NCBI GenBank assembly: GCA_037917675.1
Contig: JAVCBW010000025.1
Coordinates: forward strand, 48,289-112,288
Length of the DNA: 64,000 nt
Reading direction: 5' to 3'
From: Thermoproteota archaeon
GTDB taxonomy: Archaea > Korarchaeota > Korarchaeia > B14-G2
Below, piece by piece: positions 19,733 to 28,772 of the stretch; position 1 is the stretch's first letter, and every line of letters begins with the position of its first letter. A program made the translations under genes and the position numbers. The notes under the pieces are model-generated. The model saw nothing but the letters and a program-made list of their open reading frames with translations. It did no database searches and was not told where the DNA came from.

Positions 19733-20785
19733 TCAGGATATTCTGAATCGAAGCACAGCCATGATGCCACCAAGGTTCTCTAGCATCTCCCTGGATGGAG
19801 AATCAGAGTGTATAATCCTGTATTTACACCCAGTCTTCTCACACATTTCTAGAAGGCGTTCTATAGCATCTCTATGACTGGCCATGAGAGAAGGGCTCAG
19901 CACAACCAGCTCAGCAGCCCCATAGTAGACAGCCTGCTCCACGCTCTCAAGGCCATAAGCTACCATATTGGGGTTCTTAGCAAGTCTCTCCAATATATTC
20001 TCAATTATCCTGTTGTCCTCTGTGATCGTGAGATCCTTGAGAACCTTCTGGAGAGAGCTAGACCGCAGGCACTCCATTAGGCCAGGTACTCCTGTAGAAG
20101 ATGCCTTTACTGCAATAAGCTTATTAGATAGAGCTGGAGCCTGCTCTCGGATCTTATCCAGCATTGTTTCCTTGAAGAACCCTGGGCCTGCTACTATGAT
20201 GTAGTCAGGAGAAAGAGACCTAGCCTTCTCTATGATGGTCTTTGCGGCATCTGTTAGGCTTCTGCTGTATATAGCCTCGCCTGCTCCAGTAGGTTGCCTA
20301 TATGAGCCAAGATAGCCTCGTGTAACTAGCTGATACTGCTCGTCTCTAATCTGGTATATCTCAAACTCCTCTTGGTCTACTAGTACTATGAGCATTGTAG
20401 TTCTTGGTTTGAGCGCTTTATCTAGCATATCTAAGTGTAATTTGAGCCACCTTTCCTTGTAGATAGATATTTTCTTGCCAGATGCTATCTCTATGGTATG
20501 GTAGAGACCGAGTATACTATATTTGCTTGGACACTCTCTTATGATACCAAGCACTCTAAGCTTGGATGCAAGAGGATCTAGATGGGTGGATTTCACCTCT
20601 AGCGTGATAGGGATCTTCACGATGGCTGGATCAGTTGGCCTCAGCGATCTTGAGTGCTTTATCTTTCTCAGCGTTATGGCTCTTATGAGGTCACCTGGCT
20701 CAATTATTCTTGAAAGATAATATAGGTCATCTACACTCTGAGGTACTAGCTCAAGCCAGTTCTTATCTAGCCATTGTATCTTCAA
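19733..20785 (-). CDS. pelA: mRNA surveillance protein pelota
   Basis: DDLYYL..IIEPGD, YHTIEI, AGPGFFK, NLGGIMAVLRF. Confidence 0.92.
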   Translation of the reverse strand: MKIQWLDKNWLELVPQSVDDLYYLSRIIEPGDLIRAITLRKIKHSRSLRPTDPAIVKIPITLEVKSTHLDPLASKLRVLGIIRECPSKYSILGLYHTIEIASGKKISIYKERWLKLHLDMLDKALKPRTTMLIVLVDQEEFEIYQIRDEQYQLVTRGYLGSYRQPTGAGEAIYSRSLTDAAKTIIEKARSLSPDYIIVAGPGFFKETMLDKIREQAPALSNKLIAVKASSTGVPGLMECLRSSSLQKVLKDLTITEDNRIIENILERLAKNPNMVAYGLESVEQAVYYGAAELVVLSPSLMASHRDAIERLLEMCEKTGCKYRIIHSDSPSREMLENLGGIMAVLRFRIS

Positions 20786-20788
20786 ATC

Positions 20789-21946
20789 CTATCCCTGTTG
20801 CAAGGCGGACTTCGTGACTATCCTCATCCATGCTGGTACCTTTACGACATCAACTGCCTTGACGCCAGCTATGACTTTAACACCTCTAGATGCTGCAGCA
20901 TCAACTATCCTCTGTGTGATAAAGCCGTCATATACTATGTACTCTATTTCTCCTTTCATCGATGTTAGTTCCTTGTATAGAGCATCTACCTTACATCTGC
21001 GAATGACATTGAAGTCTTTGTCTAGGAGTAAGGCTTCAAGCTTCCCTTCTACCTGGGGGAACAGGTCTGAAAGCTTTTTGCTGACATCAGGAGAGACAGC
21101 CTGTATCTGGGTGGACTTCAGGTGCATTGCCTGACGGTACTCGTCAGCTGGGACAGCGTTCCTAAGCGCCTGCCGGATCTCCTTGGCAGATAGCTCTTCT
21201 ACGCTCCTGCCAGGAGGTGCTATTGCAATGTAATCTACATCCATGTGTGAAAGGACATTCTTTAAGACGAGTTCTCCACCGCGATCACCATCCACAAACA
21301 CCGTGACATTCTTGCGCTTACTTAGCTCGATTAGAGACTTGGGTATTGTTGTTGCGCCACCAATTGCTATGACGTTTCTCCAGCCATACTTGAGCATCTG
21401 AATGACATCAGCACGCCCCTCAACTACTATTATGTCGTCAGAAGATTCTATCGCTGGCCCACAAGGTAGCTTCTCAGGGCCATAGTAGGATAGCTCAGCT
21501 AAATGTCCTTCCTCCTGGATCCTTTCAAGTATATCAGCTGTGTCAGCTGTCAAGCTTGCAGTCCAGCTTCTGAGTATCTCGATTGCCCTTCTCATGATCT
21601 GCTTTCTCCTCTCTTCTCTGGCATCGACTATCCTCTGGAGTTTTATCCTAGCTGGGTAAGGTCCCACTTGGTCTACTGACTCGAAAGCAGCTGCAAGCAG
21701 AGCAGTCTCTGGCCTGCTCATGTTAGATGTTACTATGATGTGGCCCTCTGTAGCTCCATTTCTCTGCCTCAACTCAGCCTTAATGCGGCCGATCTTCCCT
21801 ATTCTCTGGAGCTCTCTTAGCTCAAATGGCTCGCCTAGAAGACCTTCGAGCTGGCCGAATATTGCACCTATGACGTCACTGTCCTCAACTAACCCCTTAA
21901 CGCTCAACTCAAAGTGCAAAATGTATTTGTATGACTCTTTCGCCAA
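20789..21946 (-). CDS. dnaG: Archaeal DnaG (exosome-associated primase-like protein)
   Basis: DVIGAIFGQLEGLLG, VVEGRADV, FVDGDRGG; TTG start after GAGGTG. Confidence 0.93.
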   Translation of the reverse strand: MAKESYKYILHFELSVKGLVEDSDVIGAIFGQLEGLLGEPFELRELQRIGKIGRIKAELRQRNGATEGHIIVTSNMSRPETALLAAAFESVDQVGPYPARIKLQRIVDAREERRKQIMRRAIEILRSWTASLTADTADILERIQEEGHLAELSYYGPEKLPCGPAIESSDDIIVVEGRADVIQMLKYGWRNVIAIGGATTIPKSLIELSKRKNVTVFVDGDRGGELVLKNVLSHMDVDYIAIAPPGRSVEELSAKEIRQALRNAVPADEYRQAMHLKSTQIQAVSPDVSKKLSDLFPQVEGKLEALLLDKDFNVIRRCKVDALYKELTSMKGEIEYIVYDGFITQRIVDAAASRGVKVIAGVKAVDVVKVPAWMRIVTKSALQQG

Positions 21947-21960
21947 GTCTACGCACCTCT

Positions 21961-22071
21961 GGGGGTGGTAGGTGTGTGTCTGCCTACTGATTAACGGGAT
22001 CATCGATAAGCCAACGCTTACCTCTCATCACCCGGCTCTAACAAAGGCAGACAGCCCCCACCACATTCCCC
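21961..22071 (-). ncRNA. Candidate H/ACA-like K-turn RNA in dnaG leader
   Basis: Stem CTGCCT/AGGCAG followed by ACA, internal pocket, CGGG/CCCG stem, TGATGA..ATGA K-turn, apical stem GGTAAGC/GCTTATC; TTTTAAG box at 22092-22098. Confidence 0.55.
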
Positions 22072-22198
22072 AGCATCTTAGGAAGAAGCTACTTAAAATC
22101 TTTCATAGAAGGTTTAATGATGCTCTCAACAAATTAATAGGAAACGTAGCAGCTTAAGGGTAGGTGAGAATCAGATAGCATAGCTTAGGCTGATCAGA

Positions 22199-23371
22199 AT
22201 GCCTACAAATCTACCAGCTGAGGCCTTATCAAAGTGGGAAGAAGTTCAGAAAGCTAGAACCCCTGAGGAGAAGCTTAGAAAGCTGCAGGAATTCTACTCG
22301 ATGATCCCAAAGCATAAAGGGACAGAAAAGCTGCTTAGGCAGGTTAGAAAGAAGATAGCTAGACTTAGAGAGGAGGTGGCGTCTAGAAGAGAAAGAAGGA
22401 AGGGGATAGGCTTCTTCGTGGAGAAGAGGGGAGATGTACAGGTGGTGCTATTTGGGTTTACGAACAGTGGAAGAAGCACTATCTTGAACAAGCTTACAGG
22501 TAGAAGGTTGAAGATTTCATCTAGCCCATTCACTACAGTAGATAAGCCGGAGACAGGTGTGTTTACATGGGAGGGTGTGAGCATCCAGCTAGTTGAGGCA
22601 CCACCGGTTGTTGAGGATCATGATAGCGTATTTACATCCAGGGCATTAGCGCTTGTGAGAAATGCAGATTCTGTTGCAATAACTTTGGACTCCTCTAATA
22701 ACCCTATAGATCAGCTGATTAAGCTAGCAGACACGCTTAAGATGGGAGGGATCTCTCTGAAAAAGCCGAGAGCGTACATCGATGTAGAGCCTAATCCCAG
22801 TAGAAATGGGAACCTTGTGAGAGTAAGGGGGAAGCTATGTGGGTGTACAATCAGAGATGTAGAGGAGGCGTTGATCGAGCTCGGAGTGAAGAATAAGATA
22901 GTAACCATATATGGAGAGGCAGACCTTAGCTTAATAGAGGAACATATAACCATGATGCTTAGGTATAAGCCACCTATGATTATGGTGACAAAGCTAGATA
23001 TGTTAACATACAGCGAAGCAGACAGCATCTTGAAGGAGATTAAGAAGATAGCTGGTGAGACGTTGGTCATAGATGCGAGAAGAAGCCCAGATGCTATAAA
23101 GAGAGAGATGGCCGAGTATCTGTTACATAAGCTTGGGCTGATTAGGGTATATACGTGGGGGAGGTATGAGAAACAGCCAGCAAGCAAGCCTATAGTAGTG
23201 AAGAGGGGAGCTACTGTATTAGAGGTAGCTGGTAAAGTTCATAGCAGCCTTTATGAGAGATTTAAATACGCGCTTGTCTGGAGAAGAGGAGACTTGGACA
23301 AGAAGCCTGTAAAGGTCGGTAGGGGATATACTGTAGAAGACCTAGATGTGATAAGGATAGTGGGAGGCTGA
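22199..23371 (+). CDS. DRG/OBG-family GTP-binding protein with TGS domain
   Basis: MPTNLP..IPKHKGTEKL, GFTNSGRST, PFTT, TKLD, C-terminal TGS. Confidence 0.85.
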   Translation: MPTNLPAEALSKWEEVQKARTPEEKLRKLQEFYSMIPKHKGTEKLLRQVRKKIARLREEVASRRERRKGIGFFVEKRGDVQVVLFGFTNSGRSTILNKLTGRRLKISSSPFTTVDKPETGVFTWEGVSIQLVEAPPVVEDHDSVFTSRALALVRNADSVAITLDSSNNPIDQLIKLADTLKMGGISLKKPRAYIDVEPNPSRNGNLVRVRGKLCGCTIRDVEEALIELGVKNKIVTIYGEADLSLIEEHITMMLRYKPPMIMVTKLDMLTYSEADSILKEIKKIAGETLVIDARRSPDAIKREMAEYLLHKLGLIRVYTWGRYEKQPASKPIVVKRGATVLEVAGKVHSSLYERFKYALVWRRGDLDKKPVKVGRGYTVEDLDVIRIVGG

Positions 23372-23411
23372 GGGCAAAGCTTTTATCATCTATCAGCTTA
23401 AGCCTATGGGT

Positions 23412-23525
<114 letters not shown>

Positions 23526-23527
23526 CC

Positions 23528-24205
23528 TCACTTGGCCTTGCTAAGTCGAGTAACTTTTGTTCCATGTGCAGTTATGACCTCTGTGACTAAATCCTTTGGG
23601 AAAACACCACATTCTACTACTCCAGCAATATTCTTTACAGATGATACTATGGCATCAGGTGAGGCAGATACTTCATGCATCTCGATTAGATAGTTACCAT
23701 TATCAGTGATATATGGTTTAGCACCAAGCATCCTGATGGAGTACCTCATCGCATGGCACTCTCTGGCAACTCTTCTGGCAGTAACTTTCCACATGAATGG
23801 GATAACTTCCACAGGTAGAGGGTGCTTTGAGAACAACCTAGGAACAAGCTTACTACTATCACATATCACAACATACCTGTTGCTGATCTGAGCTATCATC
23901 TTCTCTCTTGTAAGAGCTCCGCCCATCCCCTTCAGGAGATTAAGCGCCGGGTCTACTTCGTCAGCGCCATCAATCGACAAATCGAGCCCAGAGACTGGGT
24001 CATCGAGGATAGGGATGGCATAGGCTTTTGCAAGAGCCTCTATTTGAGAGGAAGCTACTACACATCTGACTCTGATGCCTTCTCTAGAGAGACGTTTCGA
24101 CATGAAGTACAGGAACCATGCTACAGTCGATCCGCTTCCAACACCAATAACCATGCCATCTTCTATTAGCTGAGAAGCAAACTTGGCTACAGCAATCTTC
24201 TCCAT
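23528..24205 (-). CDS. rpiA: Ribose-5-phosphate isomerase A
   Basis: GVGSGST, DGADEVD, KGMGGALTREK, TDNGNY. Confidence 0.95.
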   Translation of the reverse strand: MEKIAVAKFASQLIEDGMVIGVGSGSTVAWFLYFMSKRLSREGIRVRCVVASSQIEALAKAYAIPILDDPVSGLDLSIDGADEVDPALNLLKGMGGALTREKMIAQISNRYVVICDSSKLVPRLFSKHPLPVEVIPFMWKVTARRVARECHAMRYSIRMLGAKPYITDNGNYLIEMHEVSASPDAIVSSVKNIAGVVECGVFPKDLVTEVITAHGTKVTRLSKAK

Positions 24206-24222
24206 GCGAGCCTTCTCCTGAG

Positions 24223-24321
24223 AGCCCCGGGTGGGCTTTGAACCCACGACCTGCGGCTTACAAGGCTCGGCTAGAATCCGCCGCTCTGCCAGCTGAGCTC
24301 ACCCTGCAATGCCACCGGGGC
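24223..24321 (-). tRNA. tRNA-Thr(TGT) with two introns (24300-24313 at 8/9; 24266-24277 at 30/31)
   Basis: GCGGC-CT TGT AA-GCCGC after splicing; helix CGGC/GCCG; U73. Confidence 0.85.
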
Positions 24322-24405
24322 GCCGGGGCTCTGTATAGCATGCCATCACAGGTTTTTTATTCTTTGAGGTGGTACAGCTAGCTATGTTGATATACACTTG
24401 TAATG

Positions 24406-24493
24406 AGCCGCGGGCGGGATCCTCTATAGGAATTCGAACCCGCGACCTCCGGCTTACCAAGCCGGCGCTCTAACCAGGCTGAGCTACCGCGGC
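24406..24493 (-). tRNA. tRNA-Thr(GGT) with 13-nt T-loop intron (~59/60)
   Basis: CCGGC-TT GGT AA-GCCGG; insertion TTCCTATAGAGGA in T-loop. Confidence 0.9.
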
Positions 24494-24572
24494 CCAAGAA
24501 GGTGATAAGAGAGGCTTAAAAAATTAGCGTGCTTGCCGAGATGAAGCTGTACTATAGAGCTGGTGAACACTA

Positions 24573-25318
24573 TCATTGAGAGGGGTTCATGGCATTCTTA
24601 TATCTAAGCCTGTATCTAGCTAGTAGGTACACAGCTGTGAATATGAGAGCAATAAGAGGAAGCTTGATCAGTAGGCTTGAGAGCTTGCCAGAATAGAGCT
24701 CTATCATAATGATATCCCCAGGGTTGAAGCCTCCGACTACAAGTGTGGTTTTCAGAATCTGAGAGACATCTGAGATGCAAGGAAGAGACGAAAGCTCCTC
24801 AATTAAAGTCGTATTCTCTGCAAACTGCATCAGCTTCCGCAGGTGAAGCAGGCTGACAAGGAGGCCAGCGAGCTTAGATCAGAGAAAGGGGGAAAGGTGG
24901 CTTCATTCATCGTGGCATAGAGGCATGCCTCCATGCAGACCTCTACATTATAGATGTTAGAGGTAGCAAGGGTATTTGAGGAAAGCCATTCTCCCAGCAA
25001 GTAAGGATATTACATCCGTGGGATCTAGTCCTCTAGTATCTATGATAGCCTTTTTGAGATATCAGCTAGCTGGATTATTCTATGGGTAGTAGAGCTGGAG
25101 GAGACATATGCTACTACAGAAGAGAAACGTGAGGATATGGGAGACAGAGCCATATAGGTCTGCTTTAGATCAACTAGAAGTATGGAGTGGTCTATGGAGC
25201 TAGCTGCATAGATAGCAGTCACAGCTAGCTGAAAACCTGATGGAAAAGCATAGCTATATGACACGAGAAGGAGAGAAGCCAATAAGCATGCTGAGAGACA
25301 GCATATCCTCATGTGCAT
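24573..25318 (-). pseudogene. Fragmented secreted/membrane protein gene
   Basis: Signal-peptide ORF (25040-25318) and C-terminal TM ORF (24573-24830) joined by a frameshifted, stop-containing segment. Confidence 0.4.
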
Positions 25319-25361
25319 AGAAAGCTAAAGCAGACTTATGAGCATTAGCTACCGTGGCTAG

Positions 25362-26396
25362 ATGAGGAGGAACATGACATGCACTGTAGTAGTAGGTGGT
25401 TTCTACGGGGATGAGGGAAAGGGGAAAGTTATATCCTACTTAGCATGGAAGGACAGACCATATGCAGCAGCTAGAGGAGGAGTGGGGCCGAATGCTGGGC
25501 ATACTGTTGTAGTGGATAGGAGAACATATAAGCTTAGGCAGCTTCCCTCAGCCTTTGTAAGTAAAAACACTAAGCTGTACATTGGAGCTGGAGTACTGAT
25601 AAATCCTAGAGTGCTATTCAAGGAGATAGAAGAAACGAGATGTAAAGGGAGAGTATGGATAGATGGTAACTGCGGCGTTATCGAGGAAAAACACATCGAG
25701 GAAGATAGGAGGAGTAGGCACCTAAGTGGGAGGGTTGGGACAACAGGAACTGGATGTGGCCCAGCTAATGCTGAAAGAGCCCTCAGGACGCTTAAGATAG
25801 CACGTGAAGTAGAGTCGCTGAAGGAGTATATAGCAGATGTTGCACTAGAGCTAAATGAAGCATTAGATAGTGGACATGACATCCTCTTAGAAGGTACTCA
25901 AGGCACATTCCTCTCACTATACCATACAGACTGCTATCCATACTGCACGTCAAAGGATACAACAGCATCAGCTGTGTGTTCAGATGTAGGAATAGGGCCA
26001 AGGAAGGTTACAGATGTCATATTGGTATTCAAGGCGTATACGACAAGAGTAGGAGGGGGGCCCTTAGAGGGAGAGATACCAGTAGAGAAAGCGAAAGAGA
26101 TGGGTATACTCGAGATAGCTACGGTCACTGGAAGAGTGAGAAGAGCTGCCCCATTTAATTTCAAGCTTGCTAAGAGAGCTGTCATGCTGAACTCAGCTAC
26201 ACAAGTTGCAATAACTAACATAGATAGATTATATCCAGAAGCTTATGGAGTGAAGAGCTTTGAGAAACTGCCTACTAAGGCGAAAGCATTCATTGAGACT
26301 GTAGAAAATGAGCTGAGGACACCGGTAACCATGGTCTCAACAGGACCTAGCGTTGAAGACATGGTTGACATTAGAGAAGAAAAGCTAAGTAGGTGA
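25362..26396 (+). CDS. purA: Adenylosuccinate synthetase (short archaeal form)
   Basis: GDEGKGK, GPNAGHT, GTTGTGCGP, EGTQG, TVTGRVRR. Confidence 0.96.
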   Translation: MRRNMTCTVVVGGFYGDEGKGKVISYLAWKDRPYAAARGGVGPNAGHTVVVDRRTYKLRQLPSAFVSKNTKLYIGAGVLINPRVLFKEIEETRCKGRVWIDGNCGVIEEKHIEEDRRSRHLSGRVGTTGTGCGPANAERALRTLKIAREVESLKEYIADVALELNEALDSGHDILLEGTQGTFLSLYHTDCYPYCTSKDTTASAVCSDVGIGPRKVTDVILVFKAYTTRVGGGPLEGEIPVEKAKEMGILEIATVTGRVRRAAPFNFKLAKRAVMLNSATQVAITNIDRLYPEAYGVKSFEKLPTKAKAFIETVENELRTPVTMVSTGPSVEDMVDIREEKLSR

Positions 26397-26437
26397 TGAG
26401 GTAAAGTTTAAAGGATAAGGAGGCATAGAGTTCAAGT

Positions 26438-26538
26438 GGGCCCGTAGCTCAGCTAGGATCAGTAGATAGAGTTAGAGCGGGGGCCTCCTAACAGTGGAAG
26501 ATAGCCCCAGGTCGAGGGTTCAAGTCCCTCCGGGCCCG
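26438..26538 (+). tRNA. tRNA-Arg(CCT) with D-loop intron (~13 nt) and 12-nt 37/38 intron
   Basis: GGGGC-CT CCT AA-GCCCC after splicing; G73. Confidence 0.88.
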
Positions 26539-26552
26539 CTGGGGGAGCAACC

Positions 26553-27116
26553 TTGATAGTAATAGATCAAAGACTTCTCGAGAAGTATACTGGAGCTCCC
26601 CTAGAACATGAGCTGATTATGGTCAGAATTAGATACAGCACTGCTAGGAAGCTCCAGGAAGTCGTCAGTGAAACAAGTAGAGTTAAAGAAGATGCCATAC
26701 TAAACGTTGTTATTCCAGCAGACTTCATCTTTTCCCTCAGACACGTGTTATCTGCATTCATACATTGGTTTAGGTCGCTTAGAAGAGGAAGTAGGGTAAG
26801 AGATCCAAATATAGAGTTTCTCAGGTACTACTTTGCAGCCAAGCAAATAAGAGACGTTAAAAATATCTTAAGAAGAGCCTCTTCCAAAGACTTTGTGTGT
26901 ATAGCCTACGGAGACAGGAAAGGGGTTTTGGATAAGCTGAAAAGCATGCAAGAGGCAGAGATTTTGGAGGATGTTATGGTGGGAGCATGTGATGTTAGGC
27001 GGCTATCGAAGGTCTTTGGTGTTGAAATCGAGGCATTTAACAGAGGAGGTGGAGAGATCTCTGCACTAGAGCTTGGAATACTTGAGAAAATAGCCTTGCT
27101 TGACGTACGTGAGTAG
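26553..27116 (+). CDS. cgi121: KEOPS subunit Cgi121-like
   Basis: IEFLRYYFAAKQIRD, LEKIALLD. Confidence 0.7.
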   Translation: MIVIDQRLLEKYTGAPLEHELIMVRIRYSTARKLQEVVSETSRVKEDAILNVVIPADFIFSLRHVLSAFIHWFRSLRRGSRVRDPNIEFLRYYFAAKQIRDVKNILRRASSKDFVCIAYGDRKGVLDKLKSMQEAEILEDVMVGACDVRRLSKVFGVEIEAFNRGGGEISALELGILEKIALLDVRE

Positions 27117-27117
27117 C

Positions 27118-27639
27118 CTACTCGAGTATGCTTCGATCCCTCATCAAATCAACAAAGAACTTCTCTAAATCCACTTCTGCTACCAGTCTACCACCGATTT
27201 CTAGGTGTCTACTTGACTTAAGTAGGTAGCCCTCTTCAACCAGCTTATCTAGTATGGATTTTGCAGTACTATATGTATGTCTTCTTCTCAGTATGGTTAT
27301 CGCTCTGTCCTCGCTTATTCTTCCTCCTGCCTCTATTATGTGAGCTGCTATTATAGCTAGGGCTCCAAGCTCCATTAAGGTCAGTGTAGATGCGCTGTGA
27401 GAAGACTGAAGGACAAGAAACAGCCTTGTATTCGGCTTTACTTCATCCCAGCTAGCCACTTTCTTGTAGCCATCCACAGCTACCAATTTTAAGCCAAGAT
27501 CTTGAAGAACGCTGTCCAATCTGGCCAGCTTTTCCCTCCAGCTCTCCCTGTATATGGTCATTATTTCACTAGCAGGTATTCCTTTTCTTCTGCCTTTTTC
27601 TGATGAAAGCAAAGCTATTACCCTCTTATCTTCTTCCAT
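27118..27639 (-). CDS. Tandem winged-helix protein, putative kite (ScpB/Nse1-3-like) subunit
   Basis: LDSVLQDLGLKL and ILDKLVEEGYL..LEIGGRL wHTH patterns; third gene of SMC operon. Confidence 0.55.
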   Translation of the reverse strand: MEEDKRVIALLSSEKGRRKGIPASEIMTIYRESWREKLARLDSVLQDLGLKLVAVDGYKKVASWDEVKPNTRLFLVLQSSHSASTLTLMELGALAIIAAHIIEAGGRISEDRAITILRRRHTYSTAKSILDKLVEEGYLLKSSRHLEIGGRLVAEVDLEKFFVDLMRDRSILE

Positions 27640-28772
27640 CGGAGCACCTCATCCCACTTATCATAGGTTACTGATGTCAGTATTACATGAGGCTCTTCAG
27701 CAGGCTCAGGAGTGATTAATATCTGTCCGTCATCTATTTTTAGGGTAGCTAGGCCTCTTTTAACTAGGAAGCTAGTCAAGTAAGCTCTGTTAATGGTCTC
27801 CGTGAAAGTGGAGGTAGTTATCCAGCTAAAGTATTCAACTGGCTTAAGCGCAGCCCTATGTTTTAGCTCAGTTAGAAGGTTAGCTAACATGTCTTCGAAT
27901 TTCCTAGAGTCCAGTACACCCATCTTCCTTGCAGCTTCTATATCTAGCTCCACGCTGACCTTTACTGTACTTTCTGAGGGCTTAGAGCGGCGGTTCTGAG
28001 CAGCAAGTTGCAGCTGAGATATAGCCTTGGAGAGATTTTCATGAATTATTGTGTTTGGTGTGAAAACAGGGTTTACATAGGAAAGTAGCTTCTTGCCGAG
28101 TTCCTCTTCTCCTATAGATTCTATGAAATCTGTGAACCCTCTCGGTAGCTTAAGGCTGCGGGCTATCCATTTTCTCTGCGCTTTAAGCACCTTTGCAGCC
28201 TTTAGGAGGGCTTCAGCATCCATCAGAATATCTTCTCGGCTCTTCCAGATGTCATAGTACTCTCTGAGCAGCTCAATGTACGTGTCTAAGTCTAGATCAA
28301 AGGGGTCTGCTTCGTGGCTTAAAACCTGTGCAGCAAGTAAAATCAGCTTTTTTAGCGTAAATCTTCCTTTTGAGATAATGCGGTCTATATGTTGCTTGTA
28401 TTCTTCTATCTCCTCATTTAGATCTAGGTGCTGAATGTGGTGAAGAATTGGGTTTTCTCCTTTCCTATAGAGCGAGAAAAGCAGGTCAGCATAGCTTAGT
28501 ATAAGAGCGAGCGTTTCTCCTGCGCTAGTCAATTTAACTATGGTATAGCTTTTATCTCGGTCTTTCACACGCTTGACTTCTATAAGGCCTACTTCTATCA
28601 GCTTTTTTACAGCACGAGATACGCTTGGCTGAGAGGATCCTACTTTAGCCGACAGCTGAGTTATTGAGATCCCCTCAGGTATCTGGTCGAGTGTGTCTAT
28701 TATCCGGAGTGTAAGTGAGCCGTGTTCACCAGTTAGCTTTGCTAGCAGTGATATGAATCTTGAGTACTTCAC
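27618..28772 (-). CDS. Kleisin (ScpA-like) with N-terminal MarR-type HTH
   Basis: SQPSVSRAVKKL HTH; ADPFDLDL...AEALLKAAKVLKAQ; C-terminal RAYLTSFLVKRG. Confidence 0.6.
   Translation of the reverse strand: MKYSRFISLLAKLTGEHGSLTLRIIDTLDQIPEGISITQLSAKVGSSQPSVSRAVKKLIEVGLIEVKRVKDRDKSYTIVKLTSAGETLALILSYADLLFSLYRKGENPILHHIQHLDLNEEIEEYKQHIDRIISKGRFTLKKLILLAAQVLSHEADPFDLDLDTYIELLREYYDIWKSREDILMDAEALLKAAKVLKAQRKWIARSLKLPRGFTDFIESIGEEELGKKLLSYVNPVFTPNTIIHENLSKAISQLQLAAQNRRSKPSESTVKVSVELDIEAARKMGVLDSRKFEDMLANLLTELKHRAALKPVEYFSWITTSTFTETINRAYLTSFLVKRGLATLKIDDGQILITPEPAEEPHVILTSVTYDKWDEVLRWKKIRG

Noticed and set aside
22199-23371. Degenerate G1/G3 motifs (GRS, EAPP) as a novel pseudo-GTPase
   Set aside because: I recall similar deviations in this archaeal TGS-GTPase paralog family; cannot claim novelty without an alignment
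24537-24580. Possible C/D box sRNA (GAGATGA...TAGA..TGGTGA...TTGA)
   Set aside because: All boxes are degenerate and I could not match the guides to rRNA or tRNA
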